A stretch of DNA of 62,674 bases, the filler included, from Chiloscyllium plagiosum (Eukaryota): the NCBI RefSeq assembly GCF_004010195.1. It is 4 parts of 2 records of this genome, joined end to end, with 100 filler letters (N's around TTAATTAATTAA, not from the genome) between each part and the next. Parts side by side here need not be neighbours in the genome. Positions count along the whole stretch, not along the records: positions 38,351 to 51,139 come from NC_057712.1; 3 more parts are not named here. One strand, 5' to 3'. Under the pieces are notes generated by a model. It did no database searches. It was not told the DNA's origin and was given only the letters and a program-made list of their open reading frames with translations. Each line of letters starts with the position of its first letter. The stretch's first letter is position 1. Shown one piece after another: positions 38,351 through 50,794 of this stretch. A program made the position numbers and the translations under genes.

Positions 38351-40550
38351 AGTCAGCTATTACGAGGGGGTATAGCTTTAAATTAAGGGGTGGTAGGTAT
38401 AGGACAGATGTTAGGGGTAAGTTCTTTACTCAGCGAGTCGTGAGTTCATGGAATGCCCTGCCAGTAGCAGTGGTGGACTCTCCCTCTTTATGGGCATTTA
38501 AGCGGGCATTGGATAGGCATTTGGAGGATAGTGGGCTAGTGTAGGTTAGGTGGGCTTGGATCGGCGCAACATCGAGGGCCAAAGGGCCTGTACTGCGCTA
38601 TATTCTTCTATGTTCTAGTACAAAGGCAGTAGGAGTATACTTATGAGCGAAATCAGGAGGGCAAAAAGGTAGCTTTGGCCAATAGGGTTAAGGAGAATCC
38701 AAAAAGAATTTTATAAACATATTAAGGACAAAAGGGCAACTAAGGAGAGAATATATGCTCTCAAAGATCAGCAAGGCAGCCTATGTGTGGAACCACGGGA
38801 GATGGGGGAGATACTAAATGAGTATTTTGCATTAGTGTTTACTGTGGAAAAGGACATGGAAGATCTAGAATGTGGGGAAATAGATGGTGACATCTTGAAA
38901 AATGTTCATATTACAGAGGAGGAAGTTCTGTATGTCTTGAAACACTTAAAAGCAGATAAATCCCCAGGACCTGATCAGGTGTATCCGAGAACTCTGTAGG
39001 AAGCTGAGGCAGTGGTTGCTGAACTCCTTGCTGAGGTATTTGTATCATCGACAGTCATAGATGAAGTGCCGGAAGACTGGTGGTTGGCTAATGTGATGCC
39101 ACTATTTAAGAAAGGAAAAGCCAGAGAACTATAGGCCAGTGAGCCTGACGTCGGTAGTGGGCAGGTTGTTGGAGGGAATCCTGAGGGACAGGATGTACAT
39201 ATATTTGAATAAGCAAGGACTGATTAGGGATAATCAACATGGCTTTATGCATGGGAAATCATGTCTCACAAACTTGATTGAGTTTTTTGAAGAAATAACA
39301 AAGAGGACTAATGAGGGCAGAGTGGTGGACATGATCTATACAGACTTCAGAAAGGCGTTCAACAAGGTTTCTCATGGTAAACTGGTTAGCATAGTTAGAT
39401 GACATGGAATACATTTGGATGCAGAACTGGCTCGTAGGTAGAAGAAAGAGAGTGGTGGTGGAGGGTTGCCTTTCAGACTGGAGGCCTATGATTAGTGGTA
39501 TGCCACAAGGATCAGTGCTGGGTCCACTGCTTTTCATCATTTACATATATGATTTGGATGTGAACTTAGAAGGTACAGTTAGTACATTTGCAGATGACAC
39601 CAAAATTGGAGGTAGCCTCAGAGTACAATGGGATCCTAATCAGATGGGCCAATGGGCTGAGGAGTGGCAGATGGAATTTAATTTAGATAAATGTGAGGAG
39701 CTGCATTTTGGAAAGGCAAATCAGGAGTTGGGAGATCATGTGGCTCTACAGGATGTTGGTTAGGCCACTTTTGGAATATTACGTGCAGTTCTGGTCTCTC
39801 TCCTAAAGGAAGGATGTTGCGAAACTTGAAAGTGTTCAGAAAAGATTTACAAGGATGTTGCCAGGGTTGGATGGTTCGAGATATAGGGAGAGGTTGAATA
39901 GACGGGGGCTGTTTTCCCTGGAGCATTGGAGGCTGAGGGGTGACCTTGTAGAGGTTTATAAAATCATGGAGGGTCGTGGATAGGGTAAATAGACAAGGTC
40001 TTTTCCCTCGGTTCCGGGAGTCCAGAACTAGAAGGCATGTTTAGGGTGGGAGGGGAAACATTTAAAAGAGACCTAAGGGGCAATTTTTTCACTCAAAGGA
40101 TGGTGCATGTATGGAATGAGCTGCCAGTGGAAGTGGTGGAGGCTGGTACAAATGCAACATTTAAAAAGGTGTTTGGATGGGTATATGAATGTAAAGGGGA
40201 TTTTGAGAAAATTTGTAGCTCAGGTTGAGGTTCTGGATGTAAGTTTGCTCACTGAGCTGTAAGGTTCACATCTCGTCACCATACTAGGTAACATCAGCAG
40301 TGAGCTTCCTGTGAAGCACTGTTGTTAATGACCCGCTTTCTATTTAAGTATTTAGGTTTCGTTAGGTTGGTGATGTCATTTCATGTGGTGATGCCAGTTT
40401 CTGTGGGGATGTCATTTCCTGTTCTTTTTCTCAGAGGATGGTAAATGGGGTCCAAGTCAATGTGTTTGTTGATAGATTTCTAATTGGAATTCCAATGCCT
40501 CCAATGTATTCTTGTTTCCGTGCTGTAAGTCTCTGAGTCTATGATTCTAA
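38351..40550 (+). mobile_element. CR1 3' end (38351-38616) followed by a longer CR1 ORF2 fragment (38617-40200, tail ~40510-40550)
   Basis: KSPGPDQVYPRTL, SLTSVVG, QHGF..GKSCLTNL, PQGSVLGPLLF, FADDTK. Confidence 0.93.
40200..40510 (-). mobile_element. Penelope-like 3' end (third family) inserted in the CR1 tail
   Basis: Minus strand has a degenerate hammerhead CTGCTGATGTTACCTAGTATGGTGACGAGA. Confidence 0.55.
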
Positions 40551-40609
40551 GTAATGAAATCAAGCAACAGTTGGCCAATTAATGGCTATCCCACAGGAAG
40601 TAGGCTAAT

Positions 40610-40640
40610 TACACTTGAACTTAGCCAAAAGGCCGAGAAG
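40610..40640 (-). pseudogene. RNU2: U2 snRNA 5' fragment (nt 5-35)
   Basis: Minus strand CTTCTCGGCCTTTTGGCTAAGTTCAAGTGTA is 30/31 identical to vertebrate U2 nt 5-35; the rest of U2 is absent. Confidence 0.88.
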
Positions 40641-40744
40641 TAAATTAATGGCACAAACAGAGATCTGCATCTAAACTGGTGTCTAGGCTAAGATGTCCTG
40701 TGGCAGAGGGGATATGCCATGAACAGCAAGTCCACCACAGGAAG

Positions 40745-40995
40745 GATGGCATGGTGGCTCAGTGGATAACACTGCTACCTCACAGCACCAGGTTTGATTC
40801 CAGGCTTGGATAATTGTCTGTGTGGAGTGTGCACATTCTCCCTGTGTTTGCATGTGTTTCCTCTGGGTGTTCCAGTTTCCTCCCACAGTCCAAAAGTGCA
40901 GGTTAGTTGGATTGGACATGCTAAGTTGCCCATAGTGTCCAGGGTTGTGCAGGCTAGCTGGATTGGCCATGAGAAATACAGGGTTACAGAGATAG
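40745..40995 (+). mobile_element. HE1-type SINE, older
   Basis: GTGGCTCAGTGG, V-domain, GGACATGCTAAGTTGCCC. Confidence 0.85.
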
Positions 40996-41509
40996 CATGG
41001 CCTCTATCTATACTGTAGGGATTCTCTTTTTTTCCCTCTATGGCAGGCTGAAACATTTAACCAATAAGTCCAAAAATACCCAGTTGTTACAAGTTTCAGC
41101 AGCAGAATCTGCTGCTACATGCAGCCACATTCCCAGTGGTAGATATTTCACTCTGTCCTTGTTGCACTGCTTAATACCTATCATCTTTTTTTATATACAG
41201 GTATATGGTTAAAAGCAAAGTCCCATGCAGGCGAACTGAAATAAAAACAGAAAATGCTGAAGAAACTCAACAGGTCAGACTTCATCTTTGGAAAGTGAAA
41301 GAGAGTTAATGTTTCAAGTCAAATATGACCCTTTTTTGGAATTTTGGCACTTTCAGATTTTACTTAAGTGGTTGCTTCAAAAATTATGGGAGACCTTCCA
41401 ATTTTGGCACCCAGTAACATCTGAGACTGATGTGAAGGACTGATTGGCAATTTTACCTCATCACATCATTTTGTTTTGTCTCATTACATGTGGGAGCACC
41501 CAATTCTTT

Positions 41510-42560
41510 GCCATAAAATCCAGCCCTATAACAAATGATACGATTCTGGAGGACCAGTTCAAACAGAATGACTGTAAAGTATAAGTGCATAAGCCAATGG
41601 AAGTGGCAGGACAGGTTGAGAGACGGGTTAATAAAAAATATGATATTCTGGGCTTTAACAAAAAGGACACACAAGTTAAACTTGTATAAAACACTGGTTT
41701 GGTTTCAACTTGAGTACTATGTCCAGTACCAGGCATAAGACTTTATGAAGGATTGGGAAGCATCAGAGAGAGTCAGAAAGGATTTCCGAGAATGGTTCCA
41801 GGAATGAAAAATGCCAATTATGTAGAAAGATTGGAGAAGCTGGCACTGCCTTCTTTGGAGAAAAGGTTGAGGAGATGTGGTAGAGGTTGTCAAAACCATA
41901 GGGTGCCTGGAATAAATAGGATGAAACTGACCCTGTGATGGAAGGATCAAGAAACAAGGGATACCAATTAAGGTAATTGGCAAAAAAAAAATCAACAGTG
42001 ACATGAGGAAGATCATTTTTATACAGAATGATAAAAATCTGGAAAGCAGAATCTGAGAGAGTGGTGGAGGCTGGTAAAGGGAAATTGGATCACAATCTGA
42101 AAAAGAAGCATTTGAAGCACGAAGCTTAAAAACAGGTGTGTAGCACTAACTGAATTGTTCCTTCATAGGAACCACTACCACCATTACCCTCTAGGGAAGA
42201 GTGTTCCAAAGACATTTGAGACTTGCACCCTCAAATAAAAATAAAGACTTCACCATTGTAAGTAGTAGACTTCTTATTTTTAAGCCGAGTCCCCTTGTTC
42301 TAGTCTCTTGTGAAATCCTTTCAGCATTCACCCTGTTAAGTCCTTTCAGGATCTTGTATGTTTTAATAAGATCATCTCTTGTTGTCAAGACCCCAATAGA
42401 TTCAGGTCCATCTTGAAATCATGAGGTGATCCCTCAATGCCATGTCAAGTGAAACATCTTTGAACTGCTTTTATATCCTTTCTTAAATAAGGAGACCAAA
42501 ATTTTACACAGTACTCCAGGTGGTTGTCATAGATACATGAAATATTTACCTTTAACCTAT
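41510..42560. mobile_element. Two old CR1 3' fragments, tail to tail (plus 41510-42170, minus 42170-42560)
   Basis: LYKTLVWFQLEYYVQY; RDDLIKTYKILKGL. Confidence 0.75.
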
Positions 42561-43125
42561 TCCCATCCCTCTGTATGATACATTGATTTCACAATCAGAT
42601 GCTCAATACCTTTGTTCCCTTTTCAAACTGTTGCTATTCCATGTTCCTGTTTTTTTTAAATAGCTGCTGATGCCCGTCCTCCATTTTCAAACTCTTCAAA
42701 ACAAAGGACTCCAATTTATATGGTTTTTTTTTTTACCATTTTTCTGGTAATTGTAGAATACTTTCCAGCCACTGAAGTTACATGCTACAGGAGTCAGTGG
42801 TTGTATAACCTGCAGAGACCTGGCACTTGCCCCATGTTTCAAGAATGATCTGGACTCTTAAGCAATCACACCTGACTAGCATCAAATTGAACTGCTCATG
42901 GTGATAGGTGCCCCATTCTCATGAACATTAGTGAACCAATTGCGAAAATGATATGCCAGCATTTTTGATGGTTACTTTTTTGACGACATAAAGTTTAAAA
43001 TTAGTTGAATTTAGTTTCATAATTGGCCATAGTGAGATGGCATGCCAACCATAGCTTCTAGTTTGGTCGTTCAGTACCAGAACAATAGGCTTTTGTACTG
43101 ATATTTTGGCTATATCTGCAACTGG

Positions 43126-43323
43126 GAGAAAGTGAGGACTGCAGATGCTGGAGATCAGAGCTGAAAAATGTGTTGCTGGAAAAGCGCAGCAGGTCATGCA
43201 GCATCCAAGGAGCAGGAGAATCGACGTTTCGGGCATAAGCCCTTCTTCAGGAATCCTGAATAAGGGCTTATGCCCGAAACATCGATTCTCCTGCTCCTTG
43301 GATGCGGCCTGACCTGCTGTGCT
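43126..43323. mobile_element. Penelope family-A fold-back mini-element with back-to-back hammerhead cores
   Basis: Inverted arms meet at CAGGAATCCTG; TSD CTATATCT(G/A)CAACTGG at 43110-43125 and 43324-43339. Confidence 0.88.
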
Positions 43324-44219
43324 CTATATCTACAACTGGTTTACTTCTGGAGCAGCAGAAAGCACGGCTAGTTGTGCAGAAAATATTAACTATTATATTA
43401 ATCTGTGGCCATTACCACAAGCTATAATGACACTACCTTCTCAGTCACTAGACAAGCAATATATTTTAAATTGAACTTGTCACAAAGAACCAAAAATGAA
43501 GCATGAAGCATGAAGAATGGGAGCTAGTTCTCTTGAAATTGGAGATTGCAAGATTGCTAACGCTGATTGAAGAGAAATGTTTCCAATTACATGTACTTCT
43601 ATGAGAAAAGCAAAGCCTATCCCATGCAAATAGAGAGGTTCAAACAAAAAATGCTAAAGTCATACATTGATGCTTTTTCTTATTTGTGTTCTATTCTCTA
43701 TTGATTTGTTTAGGTTAAATTATGCATAAATTTAGGCATTTCAGTACAATTATAGTATTATCAACATTCAATGTTAAAAAAGAAAATTATATCAACATGA
43801 GCATCTGTACTAGAAGAGATGCTTGTTCATAAATATACATACACAGAAATTTTCCAAAAAGTAGTTGGAAAAACCACAGCCATTAAACTGCATAATGTAG
43901 AGTTGTCTTCCACAAATAATATACTATCAGTTTTTAAGACAGTAGTGATTAGTACAGTACATTTTTAGATCAAATTACTGGTTAAAACAATGTGCTAAAT
44001 TATAGATATATTCAATGTACTATGGAAAAGGCCAACTGTATATTTGCTCCCAGATGTGTACATAAATTTTTCTTCTAGCTGTCACAATAACCACATGATG
44101 CACAAGAATTATTTTACTTTGATCATTTTCTTGTGTTTGCTATTTTTGTTTGGTGGAATCTGCAAGTACAGGAAAACAGTATGGGTAATAAAATGTATTT
44201 AAAATTGGAGTTCCACAGT

Positions 44220-44225
44220 TTTATT
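44220..44225 (-). promoter_or_regulatory. Candidate poly(A) signal of the GAREM2 3' UTR
   Basis: AATAAA on the minus strand ~520 nt after the stop codon. Confidence 0.35.
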
Positions 44226-44742
44226 AATAGAAGAGTTTAGCTATCAATAATCTAGTTCACCTTGGTAACAGTAGCAGTTATCTACTGAAAATGAAATTTG
44301 CATTTCAGTTTTTCACTTTTGTAGCACATTAAACATTAATGAAAATGTACTGAATTCGACTAAGGAGATAACCTTATGCTGGCATAACCTGAAGACTATT
44401 CTACTCCAATAAGGCATCAACAGCAATTCAAAAATAATTTAACTCTTTAACTCACATTTATCTCTAAAATAATTCAATCTATTGTGCATTTAAAATTTTC
44501 TATAATGGGAAAAGAAATATAGCAATTTTAAAGCATGCGATGTTATCAACAATGGAAATAACGAGTTGATAACAGCTCTCCTTCATACCAATCTACATTC
44601 CTGTTATTTTCTATGGCAAAAGAAGATCTGAGACATGTTAAACATCTTGAGGTGTTTTTTTTAAAGAAAACCACACAAATTACCATAATGTTCAATGAAT
44701 TAAAGCTACCCCTTAATTGACTTGACTAAAAATAGTATCAGG

Positions 44743-45766
44743 TTAAATCTTCGGTCTCCATCCTTTAATAAATTGCATGATCTTTTTGACTTGCAACTTT
44801 GTCAGTTTAAAATCATCAGATAGGATTTCCTCAGTCAACTGAACAAAAATGTTTCCATCAATTCGCTCACGAACAAAGAATGTTAACACATCTTCTGAAA
44901 GGCCTATGAACCGTAGGCATTTGGAAACTTCCTCCACAGAAAGAGTAGATAGATCAGATGGTGGGTACCAGTATAAACCACTATCATTTAATTTGGGCAC
45001 ACTTGGGGTATTAGATGAAGAGACAGAAACTGGTATATCTGTAGTACTTCTTGATGACACTGGAGGAACCTCTATAACTCCTTGTGTGAGATAGACCCTT
45101 GTGACTCCACCCTCAGCACCTCTCACAATAGTAGGAGAAAGAGAAGCTGTACTTCTTATGATGATGTTGTTGTCCGAATCACAGACTTTTGGTGGCCGGG
45201 ATGGTGGGACAGGACAAGATATGCTTTCATTCTGTTTATATAATGAATCCTGTACACAGTTTCTAAATTCCTGCTTGTACCTTAACTCTCCAGAAACGCT
45301 GACGGAGCCTGGATCAGGAGAAGTACTACGACTGACTGTAGGATCAAAAGGATCAAATTGCTCTGACGCAGTGGTTGGAGACTTATTATGATCAGAAGAT
45401 TCCAACCAATTTCTTGCTGATGAACTAGATGAGTAACTAGGATTAGAAAAAGGGTTTAGTGCTCCAAAAGGAGCAAACCGTTTTTGAGAACTTGGAGGTT
45501 TCAGTCGAGGACAACTGTAGTAACTTTGAACAGCATCTCCTGATAATTGGGATATAGATCGCCCACTGGTCATGCTTTGAACATTGTCTGAATATGCCCA
45601 TGGATTTGACCAGGAGGTTTGTACATTCTGGATATTTGTTGAAATATTCCCTGATATTGGACGGTTGGAAGAATCTGTAGCCTTGCAGTCTCCCCATGTG
45701 CATGGGTAACAGTAAAGTGAATACGAGTCTGGGGATGGTGAACAGCTGCCACTGTGGGTTCCAGAA
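44743..45766 (-). CDS. GAREM2: GRB2-associated regulator of MAPK1 subtype 2, terminal coding exon with C-terminal SAM domain
   Basis: Acceptor tatttatttcctcctgtttgcag (phase 2); 340 open codons; SPSPDSYSLYCYPCTWGDC and RERIDGNIFVQL...LTKLQVKKIMQFIKGWRPKI* match GAREM2 better than GAREM1; upstream exons not seen in the window. Confidence 0.92.
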
Positions 45767-46449
45767 CTGCAAACAGGAGGAAATAAATACAGTATTATAG
45801 TCATGGTTGGTAATGTGGAGTACCTCTCTGAAATATCATTACCAAACTGAGAGAAGAAGCCTCTTCAATGGAACTACCATTCCTAATCACAAAGAAGGAA
45901 CATGCACACAATTCTTAGTGAGCAAAGGTGGCATGAAATTTGGCAGGTAAATTCAACTCCAAATGAGAAGTTGCTGCAACATCCTAGGAGAGAATAAAAT
46001 TTCTATGCTCTCAAATAAACAGCTTAATTTTGAGAAATTTAACTGGCAAAGTTGTATTCTATTCACAAATTATCTCTTTCTCACCCAACCTGCTGGACAA
46101 TTTACATTATTGAAGGTATCGCATCACTCACATTATTACTTCTTTAGCAAATTTAAGCCTAATAGTTAAAGCACAAACTCATGAAGTGAGAAGTTCTGTA
46201 AGATATTAGTTGTGTCAATTAATGCAATAAACCAATGAGATTGCATTATCTCTTTCAGTCAAAAACACTCACTGTTTAACAACTTTGCCTCCTTGGTGGA
46301 TTTCCAATCCTATCTAAATTAAACTGATCTCCATTTCAAGAGTTACCAGGCATTCAGGATCACTTGAAAATTGTCAGATTTTTGATATATCAGCAATTGA
46401 TGGGAATTCCAGAGATACACGAGGAACTGTTTGACCTTTACACTGAAAG

Positions 46450-46790
46450 GCCTAGTGGTATTATTGCTAGACTGTTAATCAAAAGACCCAGTAATGTTCT
46501 GGGAACCTGGGTTCTAACCCCACGATGGCAGATTGTGTAATTTGAACTCAGTAAAATGTGGGATTAAGAGTCCAATGATGATTGTGAATCCATTATCCAT
46601 TGTTGGAAAAACCCACCTGGTTCACTAATGTCCTTTCGGGAAGGAAACTGCCATCCTTACTCGGTCTGGCCTACACGTGACTCCAGACCCACAGAATGTG
46701 GTTGACTCTTAGCTGCCCTCTAGGTAATTAAGGATGGGCAATAAATGCTGGGCCAGCCAGTGCTGTCCTCATCCCATGAATGAATAAATA
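46450..46790 (+). mobile_element. Family 2 tRNA-derived SINE, near full length
   Basis: GGCCTAGTGG A box, GGTTCTAACCC B box, tail GGATGGGCAATAAATGCTGG...CCCATGAATGAATAAA. Confidence 0.88.
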
Positions 46791-47809
46791 AAACAGTTAC
46801 ATTGCTTGATCGCAATATGGGAAGCATTAAAAGGTCATTATTACACATGCATTCTGAATGATTTCTCTTCCTTTATATTCGCCAATCAGATCCAAAATGA
46901 CATGAAAGCCAAATCTCCATTTCACTTTCTTTAAACATGGGAATCTTGACTCATAATATAATACAAAGAAGGTCTAATAATTGGATTAACTCCCCAGTGG
47001 CTGACTATAGCAAAGCAATACGCTATCTGTGTAGAAAGAAAGAAGTTGGCTTTCTAAACATGACAGAATGGTGAACTAGAAAAAGCCACCAAATGGTTTG
47101 TATTATTAAACTACTGTGCTCTAAGTGGTGGGAAGCAGGCATTACAATTAGCATTGGATGGGAAATAATCCTCTATACCCTATTAGTGAAAATTCTGACA
47201 GTAATTACAAAAGATTAAAATGTCCATAAGCATCCAGAGAAATTGCCTGCCATACTAAAGAACTAAAGAAATAATCATTGAACACAACAGAAAGCAAGAA
47301 TTCAGAAAACAAAAGTCGTAAGCTTTTCAAAATTGAATTTGCAATATTAAGGAAAACATATTTGTCATTCAATTGGCCATTCATAATAGCATCAACTGAT
47401 ACAAATGCCCTTCACATTACTCAGTCTTAGTGTTTTGTCAATAGGGCTTTAACAATATATTTATTGTAGATTCTCATGCACATAAACTGGAATAAAAGTG
47501 TGTTCTTCAATAGGGTATGGTTCCACAGAAATTCAGAGACATTTCAATTACAAATCCCTTCAAACATTTAAAGGGTCTTCACATTATGGCATATATTATT
47601 TTGGATTGCCTCAGTTACTGTAACACAAAAAAACTGTGAAACCCATACCACAAGCATAGTATCAATGCCAGACTTAACTTATTCAGATCTTCAGCAGTAT
47701 TAAAATCGACTCCAACTGTTACAATCAGATATATAAGCATTGCAGTTGGTTCCTTTAAACATCTTGACCTAAATAGGTAGGTCATTAAATATCTTACACC
47801 ACTGAGTAT

Positions 47810-49830
47810 TCATGTGCAGTTCATTGAAAAGATTTACAAGGATGTTGCCAGGGTTGGAGGATTTGAGCTATAGGGAGAGGCTGAACAGGCTGGGGCTATT
47901 TTCCCTGGAGCATCAGAGGCTGAGGGGTGACCTTATAGAGGTTTATAAAATCATGAAAGACATAGATAGGATAAATAGATAAAGTCTTTTCCTTGAGGGT
48001 GGGGGGAGTTCAGAACTAGAGGGCATAGGTTTAGGGTGAGAGGGGAAAGATATAAAAGAGACCTAAGGGGCAACTTTTTCACACAGAAGGTGGTACATGA
48101 GGATGTGGTGGAGGCTGGTACAATGGAAACATTTAAGACCATTTGGGTGGGGATATGAATAGGAAGGGTTTGGAGGGATATGGCCCTGGAATACCAACCC
48201 TGTCAACCCCTGATAAATGCTCCTTGCTTATTTCTGGATGCTAGTGCCAAAATTGGCAGAGCAGTCTCATATACCAGTTAGGCAGTCACCTGGCATAATC
48301 ATACTCAGAGAATCATACTTCACAACAAATGTCCCAGACAACATCATCATTCCTGATGCACCACAGACCCACAGAGGTAGCAGTACGGAAACATACAGCC
48401 ATGAGTTGAGTTAATCTTGGTGTCTCAATACTGTGAACCCCAAGAGGTCTCATGGCATCAGCTCAAACATGGGCAAGGAAACCTCCTGTTTTACTATGAA
48501 CCACCTAACCCCTTCTCAGCTGATGAGTCAGAAATCCTCAATGTTGAACACTATTACCAAGAGTGGCTTGGCAGCACCACTACTAAGCTGGTTAAGTCCA
48601 ACAATACCTACACCTCATGAGTATATTACAAAATGTCAGAGTTGATCACTTTTTATATAAAAAAACGGGGCAGCACGATGGTTAGTACTACTGACTGACT
48701 TGCTAGGCCACTTCAGATGTTCTGAAACAGACATGACCCATACAAGATTGATGGGTTGCTCCTAGTAGGACTGGGACTAATATCCTGCACCTCAATTGTC
48801 CAGCACTGCTGGGGAGGATTTAAACTAGTTTGCTGGTGGGTTGGTAACCTAGAAAGGAATTCAGACAGAATAAAACCAAAAGCTGGTTAATGAAAGTGGA
48901 AGTAGCGACTGGGTGACCAAAACTGGACAATTAATATTAAAGGATATTTGACTTTTAGAGGGGATAGGCATAAAGGTAAATGAGGTAGGTGGTGGTGCTG
49001 ATAATAAAGGGACAGAATTAGTACATTAATAGTAGATAACCTCTGATCAGAACAACAGGATGTAAAATTTGTTTGGTTGAGGTAACTTAGTGAAGGTATA
49101 ATCATTACACCAACAGACTGAATAAAGTGATGGAACTGTAAACTGACAAGTCCTCAGGTCCTGATGGACTTCATCCTAGGGTTTTAAAAGAGGTTGTTAA
49201 TGGGGTAACAGATGCATTGGTGTTAAGTTTCCAAATTTCATAGACTCTGGAAAGGTTCCCAAAACCAGAAGGCAGCAAATATAACTCCTCAATTCCAAAA
49301 GGGACGGAAAATAACTAATAAGAAATGATTGGCCAGTTAGCTAGCCAATGGCAGGTTTGCATAGATATTTATTATATGGAAGGTGGAGGCACTTTGAAAA
49401 ACTTAAGGTAATCAGGAAACATCAGCCTGCTTTTGTAAAAGGGAAAATCAAGTCTTAACCAACTTATTGGAGCTCTTTAAAGGAGTAACACGCATGGAGG
49501 TTAAAAGGAAGCCTGTAGATGTACTGTGCTTAATTTAAAAATAGCACTCCATTAGTTTTCTAATGACAAGAGAACTAAACATAAAAGTAAGGGTTTTATG
49601 GTTCAGTTACACAGGGCATTGCTGAGAACACATCTCGAATACTGCATGCAGTTTTGGTCTCCTTATTTAAGAAAGGATGCCATTATTCCAAAGGCATTTC
49701 AGAGGAGGGGTATTAGATTGATAGCTAGCATAAGCAGGTGGTTTTATGAGGAAAGGTTGGATAGACTCTACTTGTTTCACCATGGGCTTATAAGAATAAT
49801 GGGTGTCTGGAAATAAAGTACACAAGAACC
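47810..49830 (+). mobile_element. Cluster of CR1 fragments of different ages
   Basis: 47810-48190 young 3' part; endonuclease remnants; HLEYCMQFWSPYLRKD. Confidence 0.8.
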
Positions 49831-49940
49831 TGCTGGGAGGCAATGGCCTAGTGGTATTATCACTGGACTATTAATCCAGAAAGTTGAAACTTTATTGCTG
49901 GAACAGCACAGCAGGTCAGGCAGCATCCAGGGAACAGGAG

Positions 49941-49976
49941 ATTCGACGTTTCGGGCACAGGCCCTTCTTCAGGAAT
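49941..49976 (-). ncRNA. Minimal hammerhead ribozyme motif (mirror copy)
   Basis: Minus strand reads ATTC CTGAAGA A GGGC CTGT GCCC GAAAC GTC GAAT. Confidence 0.65.
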
Positions 49977-50758
49977 GAGCAGAGAGTGTTCAGCAGGAGA
50001 AGATAAAAGGTAGGGAGGAGGGACTTGGAGGAGGGGCGTTGGAAATGTGATAGGTGGAAAGAGGTCAAGGTGAGGGTGATAGGTCGGAGTAGGATGGAGG
50101 CGGAGAGGTCAACAAGAAGACTGCAGGTCAGGAAGGCGGAGCCGGGCTGGAGGGATTCGGCTGAGACAAGGGGAGGGGGGATGAAGAAACTGGTGAAGTC
50201 CAAGTTCATCCCCTGTGGTTGGAGGGTTCCCAGTCGGAAGATAAGACGCTCCTCCTCCGACCGTCGCGTTGTTGTGGTTTGGCGGTGGATGAGTCCAATG
50301 ACCTGCATATCCTCGGTGGAGTGGGAGGGGGAGTGGAAATGCTGTGCTACAGGGTGATTGGGTTGGCCCAGAGGTGCTCTCTGAATCGCTCCGCAACTCC
50401 CCCTCCCACTCCACCGAGGATATGCAGGTCATTGGACTCATCCACCGCCAAACCACAACAACCCGACGGTCGGAGGAGGAGCGACTTATCTTCCGACTGG
50501 GAACCCTCCAACCACAGGCAATGAACTTGGACTTCACCAGTTTCTTCATCCCCCCTCCCCCCAACTTGTCTCAGCCGAATCCCTCCAGCCCGGCAACGCC
50601 TTCCTGACCTGCAGTCTTCTTCTTGACCTCCCCGCCTCCATCCTACTCCGACCTATCACCCTCACCTTGACCTCTTTCCACCTATCACATTTCCAACGCC
50701 CCTCCTCCAAGCCCCTCCTCCCTACCTTTTATCTTCTCCTGCTGAACACTCTCTGCTC

Positions 50759-50794
50759 ATTCCTGAAGAAGGGCATGTGCCCGAAACGTCGAAT
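50759..50794 (+). ncRNA. Minimal type I hammerhead ribozyme motif
   Basis: ATTC-CTGAAGA-A-GGGCATGTGCCC-GAAAC-GTC-GAAT: stem I ATTC/GAAT, stem II hairpin, palindromic ACGT stem III, GUC cleavage triplet ending at 50790. Confidence 0.7.

Noticed and set aside
45767..45804. ATG-start extension (MTIILYLFPPVC) of the GAREM2 ORF
   Set aside because: This is the intronic polypyrimidine tract and AG acceptor, not coding sequence.
48975..49015. YYQHHH on the minus strand resembling the YTHDC1 penultimate exon
   Set aside because: It is the antisense of a CR1 endonuclease segment; no splice sites or flanking YTHDC1 similarity.
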